A DNA stretch of 33,237 bases from a virus (taxonomy: Duplodnaviria > Caudoviricetes), in IMG/VR virus record IMGVR_UViG_3300044466_000032, positions 1-33,237 of that record; one strand, 5' to 3'. Both the position numbers and the translations under genes were made by a program. Positions 9,901 through 18,081 of the stretch are shown in pieces. The notes under the pieces were generated by a model. The model did not search any database. It worked only from the letters and a program-made list of their open reading frames with translations, and was not told the origin of the DNA. How positions within the stretch are numbered: position 1 is the first letter of the stretch; each line of letters starts with the position of its first letter.

Positions 9901-10119
9901 CGGATAGACGGCGACCTGGAATACCTGCCCGAACGTATCCGAAGACGGGAACTCATTTAGATAGAATCGGCCGTTTGCCAGGGTGCGGGCGGTGGGTAGG
10001 GTTAATCCGTGACCTGTTTCGATCGTGTTGACGGTCGGGGACAAGAATAGGTCTTCGTCGCGGATTGGTACCCATTCCTGGCCTAGGATTTGCGGCTGGT
10101 ACGGGTTGTATTTACCCAT
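6922..10119 (-). CDS. Large minor tail protein (distal tail-like, with FN3-like and beta-sandwich domains)
   Basis: 1065-aa ORF directly after the tape measure. Beta-rich, with an FN3-like pattern and a DDFNRT...GWG domain start. Confidence 0.75.
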   Translation of the reverse strand: MGKYNPYQPQILGQEWVPIRDEDLFLSPTVNTIETGHGLTLPTARTLANGRFYLNEFPSSDTFGQVFQVAVYPAGSEDLSGPIRSVIIPVNNGGVTGNASFSGGSTGVGDALADPSDGKTLTLSGGTPTDSNADLYFAMNSYSALLAGKRIVGLNFLYSALSPNLTEFSVRIGIFQPTQTDGFVYGFTSNIEAASTAGPGRPQISRLPFGEVGPFFSGTPMTTVERLPWIYTDLQRFEISHAGRLCVRLLGINNPSGTAVFFLYAALEVIYCQEQRVAVGGVGFGVTGTSSLTGTTQRYVFGTNIVPMRSMSTLALNPTLAAGDYSLVLSSSETGLLVVQNTPYPTLNAIRQLYEIPSHPGIQVNIPKPSEDHLGDTFTSTVSMVLPQISLHTSGGTLVEPHAYGRQVAAQVWGSVVAEQEIYDDVVGVDTAYAQCRFYARRFGDTTVPLSFSGIGAMTGVSAAITPADFDALTEIVDGWREVTLRLNTPAIMGTRVTTDPTFRWGATGELAGNRWEILGACAPAISGTPGNLFNLVPAANQLYTATYEPPGGAIAELLWMPHGVGSAYVSSATADDSSDAMLIFSQDPPTVTGVGLSQLSQTVTGIGLDCGSLPCCIPTGIGYQRITWPRPANTGVAGDDFNRTVAAGGWGTASDGKTWTTTSLATDFSVDGSSGLIIPTVTADDRRIWVDTGGPDQDIRMLLRIADTSEGTGSLRGGVVGRLTDGSNYYGAELWYTQTNTVELHLRKRVAGVQNDVGAIITVPGMLPAPTAWRWIRLQIQGSALRAKVWGLGDDEPAQWMVQAVDTALTTGNNAGGFARDDTTAVAPSTFMYDSFSVGPPDYGFGAYELQRFDAVVGDFQTIMLASSPTVTGFNDFEARVGIDSVYRLRMLNVYNFAGAWSGQVTGAPPTPGVSGGCGDATGALIFTSNADQSGMSNAAYVMQWDGSPVEDFSLPEGDGVSFQPMYGRDGVVAFHGTERGLETFARTLLIHAGAIDPARLANTHTLRDLAWADLPYVCVRDDVGDRWFANVRVPNVAARVNRTKYMARVDIVELTTTPYPVDP

Positions 10120-10120
10120 C

Positions 10121-12580
10121 TCAGATCTGCCTGACTGCTAGGGCCACGTCCCGGCGACGCAACGCATCCAACGCGCCGGCCATGGCGGCGGCACCGGTCT
10201 GTTTCGCCTCCGCCTCGGTGGGGACGACGCCGGCGAAGTGGATACCGCCGAGGTTGATCACGACGTTTCCCAACGCGCCCACACCCTGGCCACTAGTCGC
10301 CGCAACGGGGGGTTGGATGGCGTCATTGATGGCGGCGGTCAGGTCGGGGATGCCAGCCTGGACACCCTGATCGATCCCGGCGGGGATCTGCACCCCGACC
10401 TGCTTCGCGAACACCAACGACGGCGACGAAATCCCCAACGCGGCCTTCGCCCCGTCGACAATGTCGCCCATGGCCCGCTTGACCGTTTCGATAGCCCGTC
10501 CGATGGTGGCTTTGACCCCGTCGATCAGGCCGAGGATCATGTTGCGGCCGATGTTGAACAGCTGGTCGGGCAGGTTTTTGAGGGCGTCGAGGATCCGACC
10601 TGGTAGCGACTTGGCGGTGTCGACGGTCGAGGTGACGCCGTCGGTGAAGAACGCCTTGACCCGCGTCCACAGGTCGGCGACAAACGCAGACAGGCGGCCG
10701 GGGAGTGCGGCGAAGAACCCGACAAGGGCGGTGATCCCGGCGACGGTCAGAGCGACGACGGTGGTCCACAGTAGGGTGACGAGGGTCGCGATGTTGCCCG
10801 GCAGGTCGATGAAAAACTTGATGATCGTTCCGATGCCGAACCCGACAGCGACGAAGAACGCATCGAACGCGCGCCCGGCGGCGGCGACCAGCAGCGACGG
10901 CAACGCTTGCAGGGCGGCGCCGATCCGGTCGGGGAGCGCGTCGAACCATTCGCCGATCCCGACGAAGAACGCGACGACGGCCTCCCACGCGTCGGTGAAC
11001 GCCCCACCGATCGCGTTTCCGACAGCCTGCCAATCGATCGTGCCGAGCCATTTCGCGAACTCGGCGATCGCGGAGGCCAGAAACCCGACGCCCTCGGCGA
11101 GGAGGGTGACCAGCGGCAACAAACCGGTGATCGACAACCATGACACGAACGCCGCGATGGCCTGGATCAGTGGGACCAGCAGCAGCAGCACCGCCCCCGT
11201 CAGCTCCCCGATGACCGGCACGAGCGGCAGGAACGCTGTGACGATGTCGACAATCGCCGGGGCGAGCTCGGCGATGACCGGCGCCAACGCCTCCGCGACA
11301 GGTATCAACGCCTCCGCGAGAACGGCAACGATGTCGCCCAGCACAGGGAACAGCGGGAACAGGGCTTTCGCGATCGCGCCGATCGCTTCGCCGAGCCGGG
11401 CGAGGCCACCTGTTTCGCCAGCCGTCCGGACGAACACGCCGACCCCGTCGATCAACGGTTTCAGGATCGGGACGAGCAGTTGCACGATTTGGGTGATCAG
11501 CGGGAGGATCGCCGACAGCGCCGACCCGAGTGCGGGGGCGAGTTGGGCGATGGCCGCCCCGAGCTCCGGCGTCGCCGCCGCGAGAGAGTCCTTGATCGCA
11601 GGGATAACGGGCTCGAATCCTGCGACCAACGCCTGACTCAACGTGTCCTTGAACGTCGAGAACACACCGAGCAACGTTTGGGCCTGCTTCTCCATCGCCC
11701 CGGCAGCGCCGGGGAACGTTTGCATCCCTTGCAGGAGGGCAGCGACACCCTCCTGAGCGCTGATCGCACCGGCCGAGATCTGCTCCATCGCCTCAGCGGT
11801 CGTGATGCCCTTCGCCGCCGCGATCGCCGCCACACCCGAGAACCCAGGCATGGCCTCCGAGATCTGGTTGAGTTCTTCCAGGCTGACTTTGCCGCGGGAC
11901 GCGATCTGCCCGAGGGCCAGGGTGACGCGGGACAAGCCTTCGGCCCCGGACCCGGTGACCGAAGCGATGTCGCCCAACGTCGTGAGGAACGGCTGCAACT
12001 GGTCGTCGGTCAACCCGATGGCTTCGTTGAACGCCAGGAACCTTTGCGCGGCGCCGGCGATCTCCGGGAACTCGAACGGGGTTTCGGCCGCGAACTGCTG
12101 CAGCCCCTTGAAAACCTCGGCGCCCTTCTCCGCCGACCCGAGCAGCGATGTGAACGCGACCTGGACCTGTTCAAGCTGGGCGGCAGCTTGCAACCCGAAC
12201 ACGGTGATCGCGCCGAGGCCGGCGGCGGCGGCGACACCGCCGGCGGCCAGGCCGGTTTTGAGGACTCCTAACGCGCCGCCGAGTTTCGCGGCCATCCCAC
12301 CGGCGGCCTGAGACGCTTGCCGTTCGACGTTGCCCATCGTTGTCGTCGCGGTCCGGGATACCTCGCGGAGGGCTGCTTCGGCCCGTTCGCCACCGGTCTG
12401 AAACTCGCGACCCAACTCGTTACCGGCATCGGCGGCGGCCCGTTCGGTTTGGCCGAGTGCTCGGCGAACGTCGTTGACGAGGTCGCGGAGGGCAGCCTCG
12501 ATCGCCCGGCCCGCTTCCCGACCGAAGGCCGAAAAGTCCGGAACGATCGCAACGCTGGCGGTGTCGATCGGCTGCGACAT
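10121..12580 (-). CDS. Tape measure protein
   Basis: 819 aa, Ala/Gly/Leu-rich. Tape-measure domain FAAETPFE...GQIASRGKVSLEELNQ, amphipathic repeats with spaced W/F, located after the chaperones. Confidence 0.95.
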   Translation of the reverse strand: MSQPIDTASVAIVPDFSAFGREAGRAIEAALRDLVNDVRRALGQTERAAADAGNELGREFQTGGERAEAALREVSRTATTTMGNVERQASQAAGGMAAKLGGALGVLKTGLAAGGVAAAAGLGAITVFGLQAAAQLEQVQVAFTSLLGSAEKGAEVFKGLQQFAAETPFEFPEIAGAAQRFLAFNEAIGLTDDQLQPFLTTLGDIASVTGSGAEGLSRVTLALGQIASRGKVSLEELNQISEAMPGFSGVAAIAAAKGITTAEAMEQISAGAISAQEGVAALLQGMQTFPGAAGAMEKQAQTLLGVFSTFKDTLSQALVAGFEPVIPAIKDSLAAATPELGAAIAQLAPALGSALSAILPLITQIVQLLVPILKPLIDGVGVFVRTAGETGGLARLGEAIGAIAKALFPLFPVLGDIVAVLAEALIPVAEALAPVIAELAPAIVDIVTAFLPLVPVIGELTGAVLLLLVPLIQAIAAFVSWLSITGLLPLVTLLAEGVGFLASAIAEFAKWLGTIDWQAVGNAIGGAFTDAWEAVVAFFVGIGEWFDALPDRIGAALQALPSLLVAAAGRAFDAFFVAVGFGIGTIIKFFIDLPGNIATLVTLLWTTVVALTVAGITALVGFFAALPGRLSAFVADLWTRVKAFFTDGVTSTVDTAKSLPGRILDALKNLPDQLFNIGRNMILGLIDGVKATIGRAIETVKRAMGDIVDGAKAALGISSPSLVFAKQVGVQIPAGIDQGVQAGIPDLTAAINDAIQPPVAATSGQGVGALGNVVINLGGIHFAGVVPTEAEAKQTGAAAMAGALDALRRRDVALAVRQI

Positions 12581-12605
12581 GTGCCACCCCCGTGGCTTGG
12601 CCCTG

Positions 12606-12956
12606 TCACGTTGCTGGCTGGTCGGCCTGCTGCCGTGCTCGGGCCATTCTGGCTATGTCCGCTGGCCGGATCCGGGACCACGGTGGTGGCCGTAGTTGTG
12701 GGGCCGGGGCGGGTTGTTGTGGCGTGGTGTAGGTGTCGAGTGGGCCGGTCAGCGACCGGGTGATGGCGTCTTGTTTGTCGAGTGGGGTCCTTTCCAGGAT
12801 GTAGTGGTGGATGAGGTCGAGCCAGTCGGCGGCGGCTAGCCCGAGGTGGTGGATGTTTCGGGCGAGGCACCATCCGTTGAAGAGGTGCCACCGCTCGGGG
12901 TGTCCATCGGTCCGTCCGTCGATCCACTGGGTGAGGCCGAGGACGGCTGTGTAGGG
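12606..12956 (-). CDS. Tail assembly chaperone, post-frameshift (T) segment
   Basis: Open -1 frame overlapping the chaperone 3' end and running up to the tape measure (PYTAVLGLTQWID...WHLFNGWC...). No convincing start of its own. Confidence 0.65.
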   Translation of the reverse strand, partial: PYTAVLGLTQWIDGRTDGHPERWHLFNGWCLARNIHHLGLAAADWLDLIHHYILERTPLDKQDAITRSLTGPLDTYTTPQQPAPAPQLRPPPWSRIRPADIARMARARQQADQPAT

Positions 12957-13324
12957 CGCATCCCGTACTCCTCCAACAGCCAATAGAGGGCTGGCAACGC
13001 TTGGCGTTGCAGGTCAATGGGTTCCTCTTCGGACAGGAGCCGCTCCTTGAACCGGCCCCCCGACGGGCCGGGTAGCAGCAGCCCGAACAGGTCCCCGACG
13101 ATGTCCAACGTCCGATCCAAGTCGTTGGTGAGCGCGCCGACGTCGCCGAGGCTCGCGTGCAGCGCGGAGAGTTTTTTCAACGCGATGGGGGAGATGATCG
13201 CCGGGGCTTGGAACACGTCCTCGTCGATGCGGAATCGTTTCGGTTCCATCGGGATGGTGAAGTCCCGGGTGCCGTCGTCGGTGGGTTGGGTCATGGCTGG
13301 AGTGTAGATCGTCTCCGCGTTCAT
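12836..13324 (-). CDS. Tail assembly chaperone (G)
   Basis: Position before the tape measure. Helical acidic protein ending LLEEYGMRPT plus a Ser/Thr-rich tail. ATGA overlap with the upstream gene. Confidence 0.8.
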   Translation of the reverse strand: MNAETIYTPAMTQPTDDGTRDFTIPMEPKRFRIDEDVFQAPAIISPIALKKLSALHASLGDVGALTNDLDRTLDIVGDLFGLLLPGPSGGRFKERLLSEEEPIDLQRQALPALYWLLEEYGMRPTQPSSASPSGSTDGPMDTPSGGTSSTDGASPETSTTSG

Positions 13325-13755
13325 GCCCGCGCCGCCGACAAAGCGTTCTTCATGAACCGGTTCGGCTGCATGCCCCGCACCGACTTCGCGTACACGAATT
13401 TGCGGGACCCCTTGGGCCGGAATCGTAAAAACTTGGCCCGCTTCGGCCGGATCGGCGCGTGCTTCGGACCGTAGATTCCAGTGCCGTCGTGCACGAACCG
13501 GGCGTAGTTGACGTTTGTCCCGATCAGGACGGCTGGTGCGCCGTTGCGGGTCACGACGACGGTCGCGATCGACGCGCGGAGTCGGCCGGTGTCGACCCGT
13601 TTCGGACCGCCAACCCCGGCAAGGTTCCGTTTCGCCTGCGTCTCCACCAGCAGCCCACGGCGCAGCAGGTCCCTGACCACACCACCGTTCGGGGCGGTGA
13701 GCAGGGCCTGGATCGCGCCGGGGTTGAGCTGGTGACTGTAGGACACTCCGGGCAT
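13321..13755 (-). CDS. HK97 gp10-like neck/tail completion protein
   Basis: Motifs VDTGRLRASI, GTNVNYARFVHDGTG and PNRFMKNAL; basic protein. Confidence 0.85.
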   Translation of the reverse strand: MPGVSYSHQLNPGAIQALLTAPNGGVVRDLLRRGLLVETQAKRNLAGVGGPKRVDTGRLRASIATVVVTRNGAPAVLIGTNVNYARFVHDGTGIYGPKHAPIRPKRAKFLRFRPKGSRKFVYAKSVRGMQPNRFMKNALSAARA

Positions 13756-13756
13756 G

Positions 13757-15103
13757 TCAACCGCCCGGGCACGGGCAGGCCTGGACCCCGATCAGGAACT
13801 CTGTTTCTGACCCGGCGCAGCCGCCCTGCTCCCCAACGGTGACCGACGGCTCCAACAGCCACGCTCCGAGCGTGGCCGGGAAGTCGACGTGCAGGCCTTG
13901 GAGACAGCAGGCGATCGCCTGCCGGACCGCCGTCCGATCGTTTTCCAAAATGATCGCGGCGGCCAACGACGCGGCGCAGCTGGGCGGGTTACCCGTGTCG
14001 TCCATGGGGGGGACGCACCGGGTGACGGACACGACGACCCGGGCGACCCACCACCTGGGGGTGCACTTCGCCCACGTCACCCCGGTTACCGGGGTCGGGA
14101 ACTTGTCGGCCCCGTACACCTGCCGGATCGCCAACGCGACCTGCCCGTCACAAGTGGAGTCGCAGCCGCAGTTGTCCCACGGGATTTGCTGCGTCGGCAG
14201 CAGCAGACATTGCCGGCACGGGGCTCCGGCGGGGGTCTGGTCCAGGGCGTCGACGATGCACGCGCCGACGCCGGTGACGATCGTAGCGAAGCCGGGCATG
14301 GCAAGGTTGACCGTCACCGACGGTGGGACGTAGGTGGCGCCGGATATGGTCGGGGCTCCGAACAGGATAGGCACCGTGACGCCGTCAGGAATGATCGTCA
14401 TGGACCCGTCGGACAAAGCGGGCTCACCCAGCACGATTGGCAGCGTGATGCCGTCCGGGCTGATCGTGTCCACGGCGGCGGTGAACGTTGCGACGAGCAT
14501 GTATCGTTCGTCGGCGCCGTTACCCGACCACGACACCGATGGTGTTTCCGCCGCTGTCCCCGCGTTCAGCTTGTACCCTCCGGCGGCGATGCACCCGGAC
14601 CCGCCTGAGCCCTGGATCGTGAACTCGGCTGGGGTGTAGCCGGCGGACCAGACGGGCGTGTTTTGGGTGGCGCCGCCGATGCCATGCAACGCGCCGAACG
14701 CCACCACCAACTCGCCCGTGGCCGCGAGGACGCCAGTGTTCACGGCTGGTGTGACATTCCCGTTGACGCCGTTGATCTGCGCCCCCGTCGCGGTATCGAA
14801 CACATCCGTGCCGGACCAGCGGGACCAGAACAGGGCGGCGTTGAGCGGCCCAGCACCCGACGGTGTTGTGATCGTCACCGACGTTCCGGCGCCGCCTTTG
14901 CGAGAAAAAATGTACGCCCCTTCGCCGCCGACCTCCGACCGGCGCGGCGTCCACCCCGCCGGGGTATCGATCAGAGCGTCAGAGTTGACACACAGCACGT
15001 CAAGGTCAGCGGCGCCGGGGGCGCCGGGTGGGAAGTTGTAGACGAACCCGGCGGCGGTGACACCGAACCCGACACCATCCGTGTCGATGAGGGCGATGGC
15101 CAC
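13757..15103 (-). CDS. Cys-rich connector (tail terminator/stopper-like) with an N-terminal beta-rich extension
   Basis: GTG at 15103 overlaps the upstream TAG. The C-terminal ~175 aa has 14 Cys (WDNCGC, VTRCVP, ACC, QGGCAG). Located in the connector region. Confidence 0.6.
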   Translation of the reverse strand: MAIALIDTDGVGFGVTAAGFVYNFPPGAPGAADLDVLCVNSDALIDTPAGWTPRRSEVGGEGAYIFSRKGGAGTSVTITTPSGAGPLNAALFWSRWSGTDVFDTATGAQINGVNGNVTPAVNTGVLAATGELVVAFGALHGIGGATQNTPVWSAGYTPAEFTIQGSGGSGCIAAGGYKLNAGTAAETPSVSWSGNGADERYMLVATFTAAVDTISPDGITLPIVLGEPALSDGSMTIIPDGVTVPILFGAPTISGATYVPPSVTVNLAMPGFATIVTGVGACIVDALDQTPAGAPCRQCLLLPTQQIPWDNCGCDSTCDGQVALAIRQVYGADKFPTPVTGVTWAKCTPRWWVARVVVSVTRCVPPMDDTGNPPSCAASLAAAIILENDRTAVRQAIACCLQGLHVDFPATLGAWLLEPSVTVGEQGGCAGSETEFLIGVQACPCPGG

Positions 15104-15531
15104 TACGTCACCGCGAGGATCCGGGCCGCCCCCGCACTCCACGCCACGGTCACGTTCCCGGTCCCGGGCTGGATCGGGAGACCTGTGCCGGTGTCGTAGT
15201 AGGCGATGAGGCGTTGCTGGTTCGCGGGCAGGTCAGCGCCACCAGTCACCGCCGACGTCTGCGCCACGATGAGGACGTGGTTCACGGCGGACGCGGTCGC
15301 CACGACGACGGTGTCATCTGCGTCGAACACCCCACCGGTGATCGTCGGGTTGGCCAAGGCGGCAGAGGTGCCGTTTATGGTGCCACCGGCACCAGTCACG
15401 TCCGCGACTGTGGCGTGCGCTGCGGAGAACGCATAGCCGCGCACCAGCATCGCCTTGACCGTGGCGACGGCCAGGTCGTAGTCGGCGCCGAGCAGGCCCT
15501 GTTTGAATGTGGTGTAGGCGGCGTTCGCCAT
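15103..15531 (-). CDS. Small virion structural protein (collar or fibre adaptor candidate)
   Basis: ATG at 15531 after AGGGGG. The pattern MANAAY...VKAMLV...GVFDADD...LIAYYD...VAW resembles small phage fibre-associated beta proteins. Confidence 0.55.
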   Translation of the reverse strand: MANAAYTTFKQGLLGADYDLAVATVKAMLVRGYAFSAAHATVADVTGAGGTINGTSAALANPTITGGVFDADDTVVVATASAVNHVLIVAQTSAVTGGADLPANQQRLIAYYDTGTGLPIQPGTGNVTVAWSAGAARILAVT

Positions 15532-15547
15532 CACAACCCCCTGATGC

Positions 15548-16345
15548 TCATGTGTTGGTCCGGCGGTAGGCCATGCCGTCGACGTCGTACACCTGCGGCC
15601 GGGCCCGCAACCTAGACGGGTTGTAGGTGGCGATGAACATGTCTGTCCACCGCAACCCCAGCATGCCGTTCGTGAGGAGTTCGGTGAAGGTGGGGAAGTC
15701 GATCGTGATGCCCTGCCGAGTCACCGACGTGGCGTTTTTGGGGAAGGCGCACGTTTCGCCGAGACACCCGGCCATGATCTCCTGGGCGAGTTCGCCGACC
15801 GCATACCCGCCGATCGTCGGCACGGCCTCGCCGATGAGGAACGTCGCCGACCACGTGTTGTCCTCAGTGTCCGCCGCCGACAGGTCCTGACATTCGGGCC
15901 ACCGGCCGCCGTCAGTGCGGACGAGTTGCCGGAAGTCGTCGACCCTGTACGAGCCGGTCGGCATTGGCGACCCGTTGACCAACACCTGGGTGACAGTGTT
16001 CACCGGCCCAGGAAGCCATGCTTCCTCCAGTGGCCCACACGAGCAGGTGCCGGAACAGGAACCGCAGGTCAGGTTGAACCACGCCCCGTCAAACAACACG
16101 GGCCGGGGGTACATGCCGCCCCACTGCCACCAGTTCCCAGAGTCGAACGGCCAACTGTTGCCGTAGCAGTCATGCCGGCACGGCCGAACAGTCAACGAGC
16201 ATAGCCCGAACAGTTGCCCGGACAGGTTGTAAAGGACTTCAGTCGCGGCGAGGAGCGCCGACCCGGAGATCGCAGCCGACCCGGCCGTGAGAGGCACACA
16301 CCAGGTCGGCTCCCACGCTGCGCAGGGGCCCCGTGTCTGCGTCAC
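15548..16345 (-). CDS. Head-to-tail adaptor
   Basis: Segments AATEVLYNLSG, LVRTDGGRWPECQDL, SVTRQGITI and D.FIATYNP; Cys-rich; follows the major tail gene. Confidence 0.75.
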   Translation of the reverse strand: MTQTRGPCAAWEPTWCVPLTAGSAAISGSALLAATEVLYNLSGQLFGLCSLTVRPCRHDCYGNSWPFDSGNWWQWGGMYPRPVLFDGAWFNLTCGSCSGTCSCGPLEEAWLPGPVNTVTQVLVNGSPMPTGSYRVDDFRQLVRTDGGRWPECQDLSAADTEDNTWSATFLIGEAVPTIGGYAVGELAQEIMAGCLGETCAFPKNATSVTRQGITIDFPTFTELLTNGMLGLRWTDMFIATYNPSRLRARPQVYDVDGMAYRRTNT

Positions 16346-16431
16346 CTAAGGGCCCCCCTCTCAATGTGCGGCCGGCGACCGCCCCCGTGACGGCCGCCGG
16401 CCTCCCATACCCAACCCAGCCACAGGGTAGA

Positions 16432-17097
16432 TCACGGATAGTCGGCGATGATGCACGCCGACGGCGGTGGTGCGGTGTTCTGCAGGTTCCGCAACCAATG
16501 GTCGCCCTGGATCACCTGCCCCGCACCGAGATACGTGGCCCCCACCGTCCACAAAGGGCTCGCGTCGTACGTGTTCCCGATGATCTGCAGCATCGTCGGG
16601 TCCTCGGAGATCGTCAGGTCGCCGCGTTTCCCGTCAGAGATGTGCGGCCACGCGTGGTACGGGTAGTAGACGAGGCCGGACGCGTCGCAGGACCGCGGCG
16701 GGGCCTGCCACACCTCCAGCGACCAGTGGGCGGCGGTGATGTTCGCCCACGTGCCGTGGGCGACACCCGTCCCGGTCGGGGACTGGGTCGCGGTGAGGAG
16801 CCGGGCGCCGATGGTGTTGACGATGACGCCCGGATGCCAGACGCAGAAGTCGATGGTCAGCTCATCGTTGGTGAACTGGTCCGGGGTCTTGAAATTCTGG
16901 CACAGGGTGCCGTTGGCTTTACGGGTGATTTTCCGGTCGCCGGTGTCGTACTGCGGCGAGTCCTGGACCTGGATGAAGCCGTCCATGACGATCTGCGCCG
17001 ACCCGACGCCGGTGGTCGGAACACCGCATGCGTTCAGTTTGATGATGCGCAGGATCAGACCCTGGATGGGGCTGTCACACAGAACGTTGGTAGGCAT
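16432..17097 (-). CDS. Major tail (tube) protein
   Basis: GGGAGG RBS. Segments RIIKLNACG, KANGTLC and WSLEVW; 221 aa, directly after the capsid genes. Confidence 0.75.
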   Translation of the reverse strand: MPTNVLCDSPIQGLILRIIKLNACGVPTTGVGSAQIVMDGFIQVQDSPQYDTGDRKITRKANGTLCQNFKTPDQFTNDELTIDFCVWHPGVIVNTIGARLLTATQSPTGTGVAHGTWANITAAHWSLEVWQAPPRSCDASGLVYYPYHAWPHISDGKRGDLTISEDPTMLQIIGNTYDASPLWTVGATYLGAGQVIQGDHWLRNLQNTAPPPSACIIADYP

Positions 17098-17115
17098 CTT
17101 CTACCCCTCCCAGGG

Positions 17116-18027
17116 CTAGAACGCTGACAGGGGTTGGCCGGTGACAATCCCACCGACAGAAACGGGGATGGCATACAGGCAGCAGCAGTCGAACCCCAAC
17201 ACGTAGGTCCGTTCGACGATCGTCCGGAGCGTGTTCTCGGTCCGGTCGAACGACTCGCGGAAGTTGAACGTCTCCGGGGCACTGCGGTAGGCGAACACGG
17301 GCGGTGTCGCATACAGCCACACCGCGTTCGGGATGCTCGTCCCGTCGGGGCCGGTGCCGGGGTAGCCGGCGCCGAGCGCGACCAGGTTCCCGGCCTGCGT
17401 TTTGATCTGCGGCCCGTCGACCTTCACCGCCGCCGCCCGGAACAGCTGCTCGCCCAGGATGAGGGGAACGTGGATGACACCTTGCCCGTTGTGACAGTTC
17501 CCCAACGCGGCCTCGAGCCGGCCGAGGCCCTCGGTGACGTCCTGGACCACAGACCCGGTGACCGTCGTGGCAGCGCATTGCAGGGTGATCGTCGGGAGGA
17601 TCCCCGTGTCGACCACAGTCTGGTTCGCGGCCAAATGGGGGTAGACGGCGTTAGCGTCGCCGCCGGCTGCACCGGTCCAGAAGACCCGCTCAACCTGCCA
17701 CGACTCGGACCGGGTCAACGCGTCGACGGCGCGGGCTCGTTGCTCCTGCTGCGTGTAGCCGACCGGGGAGCAGTCGACCTGGGCGAACGGGGTGAACGGC
17801 TGCGCCCCCCGGACCGGGGTCGTAACGTTCGCGACCTTCGTGGCCGGGTCGGGTTCGATGCAGTACGGGTCGTACGTTGTCGACCCCAACCCGCACAGGC
17901 CTTGCCAGGTGACGCCGTTTCGCCAGTGCGCGTCGGGTTCGTCATACCGCGGCTGCACCACGCTGAGCAGACCAAAGTTGCGGTCGACGAAGACGGGGGG
18001 TTCCACCAACTGCCTAGGACCCGGCAT
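17116..18027 (-). CDS. Second capsid protein (major capsid pentamer-like)
   Basis: 303 aa directly after the main capsid gene. Segments GLLSVV, HWRNGV, LGRLE, GVIHVP, GAGY and ERTYV recall the separate pentamer protein of some actinophages (recognised from memory, not searched). Confidence 0.65.
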   Translation of the reverse strand: MPGPRQLVEPPVFVDRNFGLLSVVQPRYDEPDAHWRNGVTWQGLCGLGSTTYDPYCIEPDPATKVANVTTPVRGAQPFTPFAQVDCSPVGYTQQEQRARAVDALTRSESWQVERVFWTGAAGGDANAVYPHLAANQTVVDTGILPTITLQCAATTVTGSVVQDVTEGLGRLEAALGNCHNGQGVIHVPLILGEQLFRAAAVKVDGPQIKTQAGNLVALGAGYPGTGPDGTSIPNAVWLYATPPVFAYRSAPETFNFRESFDRTENTLRTIVERTYVLGFDCCCLYAIPVSVGGIVTGQPLSAF

Positions 18028-18081
18028 GTGATGTCACCCCCCAACCTCGTGTGTGATGTGTCAATCGGACCAGCGCCCGGG

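Noticed and set aside
10700-11600. Repetitive hydrophobic pattern suggesting a membrane protein or DNA repeat
   Set aside because: Ordinary amphipathic repeats of a tape measure protein.
5193-16345. Several structural proteins end in Thr, as possible C-terminal glycan acceptors
   Set aside because: Two glycosyltransferases also end in Thr and stop/start overlaps constrain the last codon. The capsid and tail tube proteins do not end in Ser or Thr.
16368-16397. GCGGCCG...CGGCCGC inverted repeat after the major tail gene
   Set aside because: Short stem with a long loop and no U-tract; could be chance at this GC content.
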